DNA of 64,000 nucleotides from Mobula hypostoma (Eukaryota): positions 251,040,001-251,104,000 of the forward strand of contig NC_086097.1 in assembly GCF_963921235.1 (NCBI RefSeq), written 5' to 3'. How positions within the stretch are numbered: position 1 is the stretch's first letter; each line of letters opens with the position of its first letter. Positions 14,005 to 26,900 of this stretch are shown in pieces. A program made the translations under genes and the position numbers. The notes below the pieces were generated by a model. It was not told the DNA's origin. It did no database searches and saw only the letters and a program-made list of their open reading frames with translations.

Positions 14005-15035
14005 TCTTTACAGTTAGGCAGTCTTTAAAGAGAGTGAACCCTAGCAAGGCAGAAGGTCCCAATGGAATATCTGAAAACCTGTGCCATCCAACTGATGGGA
14101 ATATTTAAGGACATTTTCAACTTCTCACTGCTATGGGCAGAAGTTCCCACTTGCTTCAAAAAGATAACAATTATACCAGTGCCTAGGAAGAATAATGTGA
14201 GCCGACTTAATGATTATCGCCCAGTAGCACTCACATTTACAGTGATGAAATGCTTTGAGAGGGTGGTCATGACTAGACAGAACTCCTGCCTCAGCAAGGA
14301 CCTGAACCAACTGCAACTTGCCTATCACCACAATAGGTCAACGGCAGATGCTATCTCAATGGCTCTTCACACAGCTTTAGACCACCTGGAGAACACAAAC
14401 ACCTATGTCAAGATGCTGTTCATCGACTACAGCTCAGCATTTAATACCATCATTCCCACAATGCTGATTGAGAAGTTGCAGAACCTGGGCCTCTGTACCT
14501 CCCTCTGCAATTGGGTCCTTGACTTCCTAACCGGAAGACCACAATCTGTGCGGATTGGTGATAACATATCTTCTTTGCTGACGATCAACACTGGTGCAAC
14601 TCAGGGGTGTGTGCTTAGCCCTCTGCTCTGCTTTCTATATACCCATGGCTGTGTGGATAGGCATGGCTCAAATACCATCTATAAATTTGCTGACAATACA
14701 AACATTGTCAGTAGAATTTCAGATGGTGACAAGAGGGCGTACAGGAGTGAGATATGCCAACTAGTGAAGTGGTGTCGCAGCAACAACATGGCACTCAACG
14801 TCAGTAAGACGAAAGAGCTATAGCGGACTTCAGGAAGGGTAAGACAAAGGAACACATATCAATCCTCATAGAAGGATCAGAAGTGGAGAGAGTGAACAGT
14901 TTCAAGTTCCTGGGTGTCAAGATCTCCAAGGACCTAACCTGGTCCCAACATATCGATGCAGTTATAAAGAAGGCAATACAGCGGCTATATAAGAGTTAGA
15001 AGAGATTTGGTATGTCAACAAATACACTCAAAAAT
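14005..15035 (+). mobile_element. Rex1/Babar RT fragment
   Basis: [40 protein letters not shown]. Confidence 0.85.
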
Positions 15036-15775
15036 CAGGTTGGAGGCTACTCAAACGGAATACAAACAACAGGAATTCTGCAGATGCTGGAAATTCAAGC
15101 AACACTGCCTGGCCTGCTGCATTCACCAGCGACTTTGATGTGGGTTGCTCAAACGGAATACAAGTTGTTTTTCCTCCAATCTAAGTGTGGCCTCATTACG
15201 ACAGTGGAGGAGGCCATGGATGGACATATTGGAATGGGAATGGGAAGTGGAATTAAAATAGGTGGCCGCTGGGAGATCCTGCTTGTTCTGGCAAACAGAG
15301 CGTAGATGCTCGGCAAAGCGGTCTCCCAATCTACATCTTGTCTCACCAATATACAGGAGGCCACACTGGGAGCACTGAACACAGTATATGACCCCAACAG
15401 ACTCACAGGTGAAGTGTTGTGTTACCTGGAAGGACTGTTTAGGGCCCTGAATGGTAGTCAGGGAGGTGGTGTAGGGGCAGGTGTAGCACTTGTTCCACTT
15501 GCAAGGGTAAATGCCAGGTGGGAGATCAGTGGGGAGGGACGAATGGACAAGGGAGCGATCCCTGCGGAAAGCAGAAAGTTGGAGGCGGGGGGGCGGGGTG
15601 GAAGATGTCCTTGGTGGTGGGATCCCATTGGAGATGGCGGAAGCTCCGGAGAATTATGCGCTGGACGCAGAGGCTGGTGGGGTGGTAGGTAAGGACAAGA
15701 AAAACTCTATCACAGGTAGGGTGGTGGGAGGATGGGGTAAGAGCAGATGTTCATGAAATGGACATGTATAATGTA
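15035..15775 (-). mobile_element. Penelope-like fragment (GIY-YIG region)
   Basis: GDRFAEHLRSV...LRLEEKQLVFRL is homologous to the C-terminus of the 45479 ORF. Confidence 0.8.
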
Positions 15776-15789
15776 CATGAATCATTGTT

Positions 15790-16730
15790 TGTCAATGATT
15801 TGGATAATGGAATTGATAGCTTTGTGGCAAAGTTTGCAGATGATACGAAGATAGGTGGAGGGGTAGGTAGTGTTGAGGAAGCAATGTGATTACAGCAAGA
15901 CAGATAAATTGGAAGAATGAGCAAAAAAGTGGCAGATGGAATACAGTGTTGGAAAATGTATGACAATGCATTTTGGTAAAATGAACAATAGTGCATACTG
16001 TCAAAATGAGGAGAAGGTTCAAACATCAAAAAGTACAGAGGGAATTAGGAGACCTCGTGCCAGACTCCCAGAAGATTAAGTTACAGGTTGAGTCTGTGGT
16101 AAAGAAGGCAAATGCAATGTTGGCATTTATTTCAAGGGAGAATAGAATATAAAAGCAAGGAGATAATGCCGAGCCTTTATAAGACACTAGTCAGGCCGCA
16201 CTTGGAGTATTGTCAACAGTTTTGAGCTCAATATCTCAGAAAGGATGTATTGTCATTCGAGGGAGTCAAGAGGAGGTTCATGTGGATGATTCGGGTCTGA
16301 AGGGATTAACACACGAGGAGCGTGTGGCAGCTTTGGGCCTGTACTCACTGGAATTTAGAAGAATGCAGGGCGATCTCATTGAAACTGACCAAATGCTGAA
16401 AGGACTAGATAGGGTGGATGTGGAGAGGATATTTCCTATGGTGGGGGTATCCAGAGCTAGAGGGCACAGCCTCAAAACTTTTAGAACAAAGGTAAAGAGG
16501 GTTTTTTTTTTAGCCAGAGTGATGAATTGGGAATGCTCTGCCACAGACTGCAGTGGAGGCCATGTCCGTGGGTATAGTTAAGGCAGAAGTTGATCGTTTC
16601 CTGATTGGTCAGGGCAAAAAAGGATATGGTGAGAAAGCAGGTGTATGGGGCTGAGAAGGATCCAGGATCAGTCATTATGGAATGCCGGAGCAGACTCGAT
16701 GGGCTGAATGGCCTCATTCTGCTCCTATAT
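15790..16730 (+). mobile_element. CR1 3' fragment
   Basis: KFADD region through the 3' UTR. Confidence 0.8.
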
Positions 16731-16984
16731 GTTATAGTCAAACTGCAGGGTGAATTGTATCATATTGTGATCATGGGTGAAAAGGTGCAGATCATTTTGT
16801 TTTGTATCTGAGGTTCACCCAGTGTGCACTGGTGTTGGAGGGAATGGGTATTTTGGTTTGGTGGGGGTGAGGGGTGGTTAGTCAGCAGGGCTGTTTTGGG
16901 CTGAGTAGTGGTATCAGAATTCTTGGGAGTTGTTGGAATTGCACTATCTCGGGAAAACAGTAAATATTCTGTTACTCGTGACAT

Positions 16985-17290
16985 AAAATATTCTGCAGTC
17001 GCTGGAAATCTTGAGCTACACACAAAATACTGGAGGAACTCAGCAGACCAGACGACACACATGGAGGGAAATAAACAGTCAACGTTTCGGGCATAGTCCC
17101 TTCATCAGAACTAGAAAGGAAGGGGAAAGGAGCCAGAATAGGAAAGTGGGGGGGGGGAATGGGGTGCAGGGGAAAACAGGAAGGAGTAAAAACTCGGTGA
17201 GACCAGGTGAGGGAGAAGGTAGGTGGGTAGTGGTGGTGGGGGGGGGGGGAGCTGGAATGAAGTGAGAAGCTGGGAGGTGATTGGTGGAAA
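16985..17290 (-). mobile_element. Penelope terminal-repeat fragment
   Basis: Contains a hammerhead and the GCTGAGTTCCTCCAG motif shared with the 47220-47350 terminus. Confidence 0.75.
17076..17113 (-). ncRNA. Minimal hammerhead ribozyme motif (Penelope terminal fragment)
   Basis: Minus strand reads TAGTT-CTGATGA-A-GGGACTATGCCC-GAAA-CG-TT-GACTG. Core intact, GUU cleavage triplet. Confidence 0.7.
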
Positions 17291-18132
17291 ACATAACATG
17301 CCATGTGTTTTATAGGTGGTTGGACAGATTGGGAATCTTGAACTGAGTGGCATTTGAACTCTATTGATAGGTAATCCCAGACTCTGGATTATTAATCCAG
17401 CAATTTAACTATTGAATCACTAATGTGGATTTATGATAAGGTAAACAGCAATCAACAAATCTATTCGTTACCTAGAGAGGGTAACAAACAGTGTAAATGA
17501 TTAGGGGAAAAAAAAGAGTCAGAGAACATTGCAGCACAGAAATAGGCCCTTCAGGCCATCTAGTCTGAGCTGAACTATTAATCTGCCTCGTCTCAAACAC
17601 CTGCACCTAGACCATAGCCCTCCAATAACATAATGAGATTCCACATAAACACAGAAGCATTGACACAATTAGATGTTCAAAGTACGTTTGACAAAGAGCT
17701 GATTAAAAAGGTTAGAAAATAAAATCAGGTTTCATTTGACAAAGAGTAAAATAATAATGAGGATGGAGACTACATAATCTGATTTGAGTTAATGCAAATT
17801 ACATGATTTCACAATGTTTTGATATGCATATGACAAAGCTAATCTTAAAAAAACAAATGGACAGAAAACAATGTATAATGTGGAGAAATTATACTCTTAC
17901 ATAGAAAAGAGTATCAGAAAATATTTATTTAAAATTACAATGAAATTAGTTGAAGAGGAACACAGGAAACGGGGGAATCTGTGAAGTATGAATGGAGCCT
18001 GGAAGATAGAGAGTTGAAAAACAGCATAGACAGCAGAGACCTGTGAGATTAAAACAATGGACAACGGAGGAGTAATTGGCCACAGTTTATAATTTTCAAA
18101 ATAACAATTCTTTAATTTTACAGGCTCCTTAA

Positions 18133-18334
18133 GGTTGTCATAGCTGGGGTGGGGGGGGGGGCGGGGGCGGAGGGAGTGCTGGTAGTGAGGGATGAGCTCC
18201 CACTAGCTATTAAATGCTCCTAAATGCTTCCAATAGCATGCATCTCAAATAGCTTCTGATAACCAAGTCCAGCTCCTTGCCTTCACGTGTGGCTTAGTTA
18301 CTAAACCCGGCAGAATTATTTCTGCTGACAGGAG
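18133..18334 (+). ncRNA. HDV/CPEB3-like ribozyme fold at the 5' end of a second RTE-derived element
   Basis: P2 CTCCT(T)/CAGGAG; P3 GCC/GGC; L3 TTCACGTGT; GG at 18309-18310; P4 CAGAA/TTCTG; J4/2 CTGA with C at 18325. The P1 candidate GGTT..TAGCTGG / TTAGTTA..AACC is imperfect. Confidence 0.55.
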
Positions 18335-18700
18335 AAGGAGCAAAGGCAGGTCACTGGTGCCTTAAAACCAGTCACTACGGGCAGATGGGGCTCGTCAGCA
18401 GTGGTTGGCAGCTCATCCAGGAAAAAGAAAACTGATCTCAAACCTCTGCTGCCTTGTGGCTATACCTACTCAAGGGAGAAGCTTCAGGAGTAAACGCCAA
18501 GGCAAAACATGGAGCTGGATTTCCTACGGCAGTCTTGCGTTGAGTTCAATGTTGACTGGTAACTCCTGCAACACCGCTGATGCCAAACTGTATTGGCATC
18601 TGCCGTTCCTTTGGATTCTTCAGCTGCACAGAGAGGGAGAGCCTGTCGTATGGGCAACAGTTTGCTCTCCATATTGCTCTGCCCTGACCTGACCTGACCT
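18133..18700 (+). mobile_element. RTE-derived bipartite non-autonomous element
   Basis: HDV-like head, RTE 5'UTR-like body (GGCAGCTCATCCAGGA..AAAACT..TCAAACCTC) and a GACCT tandem tail. Confidence 0.5.
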
Positions 18701-18964
18701 GTGTCTTGTTAAACTTTCTTAATCTTTAGTTTTAAATTACAGCGGTAAAAATGTGGACTTTGTTTTTGCAGATAAATGAGTAGCCTCTGGAAATGTTTCG
18801 TTCAGATTAGATACAGCACATTTGCAGCACTACATCCATGGAGGTTGGCTTTTGGTGAGGTAAGGATGGTTGACAGAAATCAAATAAATTGATTACATTA
18901 AATAAATATGAATACACAAGTAAAATGGTGCAGCTACAGCGTGTTAAAAGTAAATTTATTATCA

Positions 18965-19620
18965 GTGGTAAGGAAGGCAAATGCGATGTTAGCATCACTT
19001 TGAGAGGACTAAAATACAACAGCAAGGATGTAATGCTGAGGTTTTTATAAGGCAATGGTCAGGCCACACATGGAGTATTGAGAGCATATTGTGCCCCTTT
19101 TCTAACAAAAGATGCACTGACACCAAAGAGGGTCCAGAGAAGGCTCACAAGAATGATTCTGGGAATTGAAGAGTTAACGTACGAGCATTTAATGGCTCTA
19201 AGCCTGTACTCACTGGAGTTTAGAGGAATGGGGGGCGGGGAGAGGCGTCTCATTGAAACATATCAAATATTCAAAGGCCTAAATAGAGTGGATGTGGAGA
19301 GCATGTTTCTTATAGTGGGAGAGTCTAGGACCAGAAGGCACAGTCTCAGAATACAGGGACATCCATTTAGAACAGAGGTGAGGAGAAATTTGTTTAGTCA
19401 GGGGATGATGAATCTGTGGAATTCATTTCCACAGACAGCAGAGCATTGGACATTTAACATGGAGGGTGATGGGTTCTTGATTAGTCAGGACGTCAAAGGT
19501 TACAGAGAGAGAAGGCAGGAGAATGGGGCTAGGAGAGATAATAAATCAGCCATGATGGAATGGCAGAGATTCAATGGGCCAAATAGCCTAATTCTGCTCC
19601 GATGTCTTTTGGTCTTATGG
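18965..19620 (+). mobile_element. CR1 3' fragment
   Basis: LYSLEFR...RRNLFSQ..NLWN and 3' UTR. Confidence 0.8.
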
Positions 19621-19880
19621 GAAGTGTCCTCTCAAAATGTCCCCTGTCAGACCTAAATCTGTTCCTATGTCTACAGTATGGTCTCATGGTCTTTGCAGTG
19701 GTCATCCCAGAATGTCAAATTCATCCATCTGATAGGCAAGAACACCACCAACCAAACTAAAAATCTCCAAATTTAGAATTACTTCCTCATGTTGGTCATC
19801 TCAACAAAATTTCTGCTATTGTCATAAGATTTCCCCATGCATGATCCAGTTTTCCCAGTTTCAGACACATGAATGAAACA

Positions 19881-19928
19881 GCCACCATGGACGGTCCCAA
19901 GCCCGGCCGTGAAAGGAGGAGGGTTGGG
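19881..19928 (+). ncRNA. Twister ribozyme motif, 5'-truncated
   Basis: GCC..CGG-TCCCAAGC-CCG..AAA-GGAG-GAGGG-TTGGG matches the twister P4/L4 (CCGGUCCCAAGCCCGG) and the GAGGG pseudoknot strand. The 5' strands of P1 and P2 and the UA cleavage site are absent. Confidence 0.7.
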
Positions 19929-20135
19929 CATGAGGCTAGCAACCCCACCCCGTAAAAACCCAGAGCTACAGAAACCCCAACGGAAGCTCCAAAGACCCCG
20001 TCCCTGGGAGAGGAAGGGTCTTCGATGGGCTGCACCTTGAAAGACTGAAGGACTGGCCCAGGACAGAGGACTCCGGTGAGCTGCTGGCGGTGGCTTATGC
20101 CCCAGTAGGGTTGGTGGGCTGAAGAAGCAGCAGAA
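19881..20135 (+). mobile_element. Short bipartite non-autonomous RTE (Perere/SR-like) element
   Basis: Twister head joined to an RTE C-terminal remnant (LAQDRGL..AAGGGLCPSR, resembling the AQDR.W...GGLC end of Perere-type ORFs) and a GAA/CAG-type tail. Confidence 0.6.
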
Positions 20136-20194
20136 ATATGAAAAGGGAGTTATTTTAATGTCATATTATACTCTATAAAATTGGAGAATCTTAC

Positions 20195-20577
20195 CTTTGT
20201 AAGTCGTCACCATCTACCACCTTCAAAAACGGTTGTAATATGTGTGGTATCATTTCTAGAATTCTTCTGGTTGGCTCAGAGACGTTTCCTTTATATTCTG
20301 GATGCAGCTGTTCTCTCCTGGCTAGCTCTTGTTTGGCACTTTCTTTAATCCGTTTATATAATGTTCGCAAAGCTTGTGCACTGCGAGATGGACGACCCAC
20401 TCCAATAGCATTGTATTGGTGAGCTATGCTTTCCCAGCAACGATTCTTCTCAACTATCACAGCCTGGTTATTCTTATGAACCTCCAGCACTTTAATGTAA
20501 GGCCGTACAAGTTTCAACAAATCAATCTTTTCATATATGGTAAAATTTGAGGACCGGTTTGATTTTTTCCCAAGCAT
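20195..20577 (-). CDS. FSBP: FSBP coding exon 1 (Myb/SANT-like DNA-binding domain)
   Basis: Translates as MLGKKSNRSSNFTIYEKIDLLKLVRPYIKVLEVHKNNQAVIVEKNRCWESIAHQYNAIGVGRPSRSAQALRTLYKRIKESAKQEL. This closely matches the recalled vertebrate FSBP N-terminus (RSSNFTLSEKLDLLKLVKPY...VIVEKNRCW...LRTLYKRLKE). ATG at 20577. Donor AG|GTAAGA after 20195. Length 383 nt, phase 2. Confidence 0.93.
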
Positions 20578-21539
20578 GTTTTGTACAGAACACACACACA
20601 AACTTCAGAACCTACACTGGCACTGTAAGCTGAAGCCTTACTAGGCCAGCCCTTTTAGGCCCACGCCTATCAGGAGGAGTTCTTCAAAATTCCTTTCAGC
20701 TCGAGTTCATCCGCAGATCATCTGCAGGCTGACTAAACTAGGCCTGACCTACTTAAGGCTCCAGACTAAATTGAGTCCATACTGTAAGTCCCTGATACCA
20801 AGACCAATCAAATGCTGGACTGATTTGTTATCTAATCCGTTTCTTCCCTGCTTTTGTAAGCTTTATCAACACAATTCCCCCGCCAAAAGGTACAGGTGTT
20901 CTAAAGCTATCAGTTTGCTGCATTAAACAAAAACCTTCTGAAACGAATTTTGCCTAATCTTAGTGTTGGATAAGAAAACATGCTGTAATTACAGCTTTGA
21001 TATTAAAGACAAACCAGTCTCGAGTCTACATTGGAAATGGGAAAATTTACATGAAACTACGGACAAAGAATTATTCTTGTTGTTAAACAACTGTGTGCAG
21101 AAGCATGCTGTAGCCTGTACACTGATCCCTGACAGGGCCCCAGTAATCTTACTGCAGAGCTTTCCGTGTTATTTGCATTCCCTGTGCTATTTCTGATGTC
21201 AATCAAGAACTCCGCTTCCTCTGTCATGCTAGGATGCAATCTGCGTTATGGGCTGATGAAAACATTCACATTATGCTTACACAAGTTTAGTTATTATCAT
21301 TTATTTTAAATAGGTGAAGTCATTCGCAGAAAAAAAACTGCCGAACCTAAAAATAAACTAATTTTAAAAATATTCCAAGAATACATTCAAAGATGGTCTG
21401 GTCACAAGTAAGAGCATGAAATCTGAGACCATAAACATATGAATCCCATGCAACAACTGAAGTCTAACCTGTTCTGCCAAAAATTTAGTTTTTTTTAAAT
21501 ATATAACTGCAGTCCCCCTGCTCTACTCGCTTTACACTT

Positions 21540-22652
21540 AGAACATAGAATAGTACAGCATAGTACAGGCCCTTCGGCCCACATTGTTGTGCCGACCCTT
21601 AAACCCTGCATCCCATATAATCCCCCACCATAAATTCCTTCATATACCTGTCTAGTAGTCTCTTAAATTTCACTAGTGTATCTGCCTCCACCACTGACTC
21701 AGGCAGTGCATTCCACGCACCAACCACTCTCTGAGTAAAAAACCTTCCTCTAATATCCCCCTTGAACTTCCCACCCCTTACCTTAAAGCCATGTCCTCTT
21801 GTATTGAGCAGTGGTGCCCTGGGGAAGAGGTGCTGGCTGTCCACTCTATCTATTCCCCTTAATATCTTGTACACCTCTATCATGTCTCCTCTCATCCTCC
21901 TTCTCTCCAAAGAGTAAAGCCCTAGCTCCCTTAATCTCTGATCATAATGTATACTCTCCAAACCAGGCAGCATCCCGGTAGATCTCCTCTGTACCCTTTC
22001 CAATGCTTCCACATCCTTCCTATAGTGAGGCGACCAGAACTGGACACAGTACTCCAAGTGTGGCCTAACCAGAGTTTTATAGAGCTGCGTTATTACCCCA
22101 TGACTCTTAAACTCTATCCCTTGACTTATGAAAGCTAACACACCATAAGCTTTCTTAACTATCCTATGCACCTGTGAGGCAACTTTCAGGGATCTGTGGA
22201 CATGTACCCCCAGATCCCTCTGCTCCTCCACACTTCCAAGTATCCTGCCATTTACTTTGTACTCTGCCTTGGAGTTTGTCCTTCCAAAGAGTACCACCTC
22301 ACACTTCTCCAGGTTGAACTCCATCTGCCACTTCTCAGCCCACTTCTGCATCCTATCAATGTCTCTCTGCAATCTTTGACAATCCTCTATGCTATCCACA
22401 ACACCACCAACCTTTGTGTCGTCTGCAAACTTGCCAACCCACCCTTCTACCCCCACATCCAGGTCGTTAACAAAAATCACGAAAAGTAGAGGTCCCAGAA
22501 CTGATCCTTGTGGGAGACCACTAGTCACAATCCTCCAATTTGAATGTACTCCCTCCACCACCACCCTCTGCCTTCTGCAGGCAAGCCAATTCTGAATCCA
22601 CCTGGCCAAACTTCCCTGGATCCCATGCCTTCTGACTTTCTGAATAAGCCTA
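21540..22652 (-). mobile_element. Young 5'-truncated CR1 with an open 336-aa RT C-terminus
   Basis: SGLPQGSVLGPLLF, KFADD, LEYCVQFWSP. Highly similar to 56885-57625. Confidence 0.9.
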
Positions 22653-22654
22653 CT

Positions 22655-23245
22655 TATGAGAGAGTATATTAACTGGCTGTATCACAGCCTGGTATGGAAA
22701 CACCAATGCCCTTGAACGGAAAATCCTACAAAAAGTAGTGGATACGGCCCAGCACATCAGGGGTAAAGCACTCCCCACCACTGAGCGGACCTATTTGAAA
22801 CACAGTGGCAGGAAAGCAGCAGCCACCATCAGGGGTCCCCACCACCCAGGACATGCCCCTTACTCGCTGCTGCCATCAGGGAGAAGATACAGGACACTCA
22901 GGGCTCACACCACCAGTTATAACCCCTCAACCATCAGGCTCTTGAACCAGAGGGGATAACTTCACCCAACTTCGCTTGCCCCATCATTGAAATGTTCCCT
23001 CAACCTATGGATTCACTTTCAAGCACTCTTCCTCTCATGCTCATTTTATATATGGCTATTTATTTATATTGGCTTTTGTGCAGTTCGTTGTCTGATTGGA
23101 TGCCCTAGTTGAACGGTCTTTCATTGATTCTGTTGTGGTTACTATTCTAGAGATTTGTTGAGTCTTCCCACAAGAAAAAAAAATCTCAGAGTTGCATATG
23201 GTGACGTATGTGTACTTTGATAATAAAATTTATCTTGAACTTTGA
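22655..23245 (+). mobile_element. Rex1/Babar 3' end
   Basis: HPGHAPYSLLPSGRRYR and a 3' UTR ending in a TTGAAC-type tail. Confidence 0.75.
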
Positions 23246-23419
23246 AATACCCTAGCAAATTAAACGTATCCATGAAAAATTGGATCTCTAGAAAAAAAAT
23301 TTGATATATTATAACACTTCACCAGCAATCAAAAAGAGAATGTGTAACTTTAAATTCTAAGCCCTATCTGTGTGACAAAACTCGGTATACCAGAGGCACG
23401 GAAGCACAGCTCGAAACTG

Positions 23420-23990
23420 TGAATACAGCACTGAAGGATTTGTATCTCAATGTGCTCAGTATATAGAATAAGGCAGATGAACTTGCAGTACAGTTGCAGA
23501 TTGGCAGGTATGATGTTGTAGGCATCACTGAATCATGGCTGAAAGATTATAGCTGGGAGCTTAATGTCCAAGGATACACATTGTATTGAAAGGATACACA
23601 GGAAGGCAGGGGGTGGGGTTGCTCTGATGGTAAAAAATAAAATCAAATCATTAGAAAGAGGTGACATAGGGTCAGAAAGTGTTGAATTATTGTGGATACA
23701 GGTACAGAACTGCAAGGGTAAAAAAAGCCCCTGGTGGGAGCTGTATACAGACCCCCAAACAGCAGGAAGGATGTAGCCTACAAATTACAGGAGATGGAAA
23801 ATGCATGCCAAAAGTGCAATAGTCATGGGGAACTTCAATATGCAGGTAGATTGAGAAAATCAGGTTGGTGCTGGATTCCAAGAGGGGTGTTTCTAAATTG
23901 CCTACGAGATGGCTTTTTAGAGCAGTTTGTAGTTGAGCCCACTCGAGGATCAGCTGTTCTGGATTGGGTGTTGTGCAGTGAACCAGAATT
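23420..23990 (+). mobile_element. CR1 APE fragment
   Basis: GGGVAL..K, YRPPN, EPTRGSAVLDWV. Confidence 0.75.
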
Positions 23991-23999
23991 GATATACAT

Positions 24000-26900
24000 T
24001 CATTCATTCAGATGCCTTGCCATTCGGCATGGGTGATCATGTCCCTCCATCCATCACGGTCCCTGACCGTCCGAATTGTAGTTGTTGCCTCCCCTGTTTC
24101 TAACCATGATGTTAATCCATCTATCATTTCCATTCTCTGTCTGCCTCTGCTTATTTTTCCTTCCAGCTTTCCAGTTGTAACTAAATGTTCTAATGTCTCT
24201 CTTCGCATGATGTGTCCAAAGAATTCTGAGTGCAGTTTTCTGATTTTTTTTTATGTACATTTTGTTTTCGTTCTCTGTAGAACTTCTTTGTTGGTTATCC
24301 TGTCCGTATATGATGTGCATAGCATTCTTCTGAGGAACCACAGCTCTGCTGTATTGATTCTTTTTCCATTGCATTTGTGATGGTCCGTGACTCACAGCCA
24401 TACTTTATACTTATACTTTATACTTTATTGTCGCCAAATAATTGATACTAGAACGTACAATCATCACAGCGATATTTGATTCTGCGCTTCCCGCTCCCTG
24501 GATTACAAATATTAAATATTAAAAATAGTAAAAATTAATAAATATTAAAAATTTAAATTGTAAAACATGAATAAAAATAGGAAAATGGAAAGTAAGGTAG
24601 TGCAAAAAAACCGAGAGGCAGGTCCGGATATTTGGAGAGTACGGCCCAGATCCGGGTCAGGATCCATTCAAGAGTCTTACCACAGTTGGAAAGAAGCTGT
24701 TCCCAAATCTGGCCATTTGAGTCTTCAAGCTCCTGAACCTTCTCCCGGAGGGAAGAGGGATGAAAAGTGTGTTGGCTGGGTGGGTCGTGTCCTTGATTAT
24801 CCTGGCAGCACTGCTCCAACAGCATGCAGTGTAAAGTGAGTCCAAGGACGGAAGATTGGTTTGTGTGATGTGCTGCGCCGTGTTCATGATCTTCTGCAGC
24901 TTCTTTCAGTCTTGGACAAGACAACTTCCATACCAGGTTGTGATGCACCCTAGAAGAATGCTTTCTACGGTGCATCTATAAAAATGAGTGAGGGTTTTAG
25001 GGAACAAGCCAAATTTCTTTAGTTTTCTCAGGAAGTAAAGGCGCTGGTGGGCCTTCTTGGCAGTGAACTCTGCTTGGTTGGACCAAGTCAGGTCATTTGT
25101 GATATTGACCCCGAGGAACTTAAAGCTTTTGACCTGTTCCACTTGCGCACCACCGATGCAAATTGGGTCGTGCAGTCCGCTACTCCTTCTGAAGTCAACA
25201 ACCAATTCCTTCGTCTTGCTGACGTTGAGGGATAGGTTATTGTCTTTGCACTATGCCACCAGGTTCTTAATTTCAATAGATATATACATCAATATAGGAA
25301 GAATGTAGCAGCTGAGAGTTCTAAGGCGGATGTCAATTGCTATTTTTTTGTTCGTTAGGATGTTTCTCATTTCTGTAAATGCTGTTCTTGCCATTGCTAT
25401 TCTTGCTTTTATGTCTGTTTCGCATTTGCCATCAGATGTTACCCATGATCCAAGGTACTTGCAGTTGTGAACTTGTTTCAGGATTTCATTTCTCAATATG
25501 ATCCTGCAGTTTGGGATATCAGGTTTCTTTGATATTATCATTACTTCAGTTTTCTTTTTGTTTAAGGTTAGGCCAAGTCTTTCGCTCTCTGTGTTGATGG
25601 TAGATATGAGTTTCTGTAAATTTACTTCACTGTTTGCTATCAGTACTGTATCATCCGCATAGCGGGGATTGTTGATACGGTACTTATTCCAGGTAGATCT
25701 TATATGGTTCTCATGATGTTTTCACTGTACAGGGAGAACAGGTCTGGTGATAGAACACAACCTTGTCTGTCTCCTCGAAACCAGATTGATCACGTGTTTA
25801 TAAGGAGAAGGTATAGAAACGCTCTGAAATCATGCAAAACATATCCGGGTGCAGACTGCTACAGTGATCACATACCAATATTCAGCGTGATGTACCTGAG
25901 ATTCAGAAAGCTTAAAAGACCAAGAGTAGAGCCAAAGCTGAATTTGGAACTTTTGAGAAAAAACAGTGACATCAGAAATGAATTCCAAATACTGTAACAG
26001 TGAAGAACAAATTCGAGGCTCTACAAAACATCACTATTATAGTACAGCAATGGGAAAACCTCAGCAACAGCATAACACAAGCAGCACAAGAGGTGATTCC
26101 CAAACAACAGAAAAAGCTAAAAAGAAATGGATGACAGAAGCAATTCTGAATCTTATGGAACAAAGAAGAAAATGTAAGGAAAATGAGAAACAGATAACAA
26201 CCAAGTGCAACGAAGCAAAAGAAAAGTGGCTTAAGGACAAATGTGAGTTAGTAAAACAACTGCAGAAGACCAACAACAGCAAACGTATGCACAACAAGAT
26301 CAAAGAGGTCACAAAATGGAAGAAAAGCAGGGCAACAACAGGATGTATAAAAGCAAAAGACAATTATGGAAAAAGGAAAAATAATGCAAAGATGGTCAGA
26401 ATACATCAAAGACCTACATGACGACAAAGACCAAGAGGACAACTTTGATATGGCAACAACAACGAGGGGTCAGCAATACTGAAAGAGAAAGTGGAATATG
26501 GTATGAAGAAAATGCGAAAGGGGAAATCATCAGGACCAGCTAACATTCTGGTTGAACTGTATGAAGCGCGAGAAGATTTTGATGTAGAGAAATTAACAAT
26601 CTTATTGAATAGAATATACAACAGTGGCAAAGTACCAGAACATCTTTTATAGACAGTATTCATTGCACTGCCAAAGAAACCAGGTGCAACAGAGTGTGGA
26701 CAACACAAAACAGTTAAGTTTAATGAGCCATCTCACAAAAATTCTACTTAGAATCATCATGCTCAGAATAAGAAACAAAATTTAACTAGAGATCAGTGAA
26801 GAACAGTATGGCTTTGTCAAAGTCAAGGGAACATCAAGCGCCACTTATATTCTCAGGAATATTATCAAAAGGTCAATAGAAGTACAACAAGACCTATACT

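Noticed and set aside
20578..20601. N-terminal extension MCVCSVQN of FSBP from the ORF track
   Set aside because: It uses a non-ATG start called under a bacterial code. Homology begins at ATG 20577.
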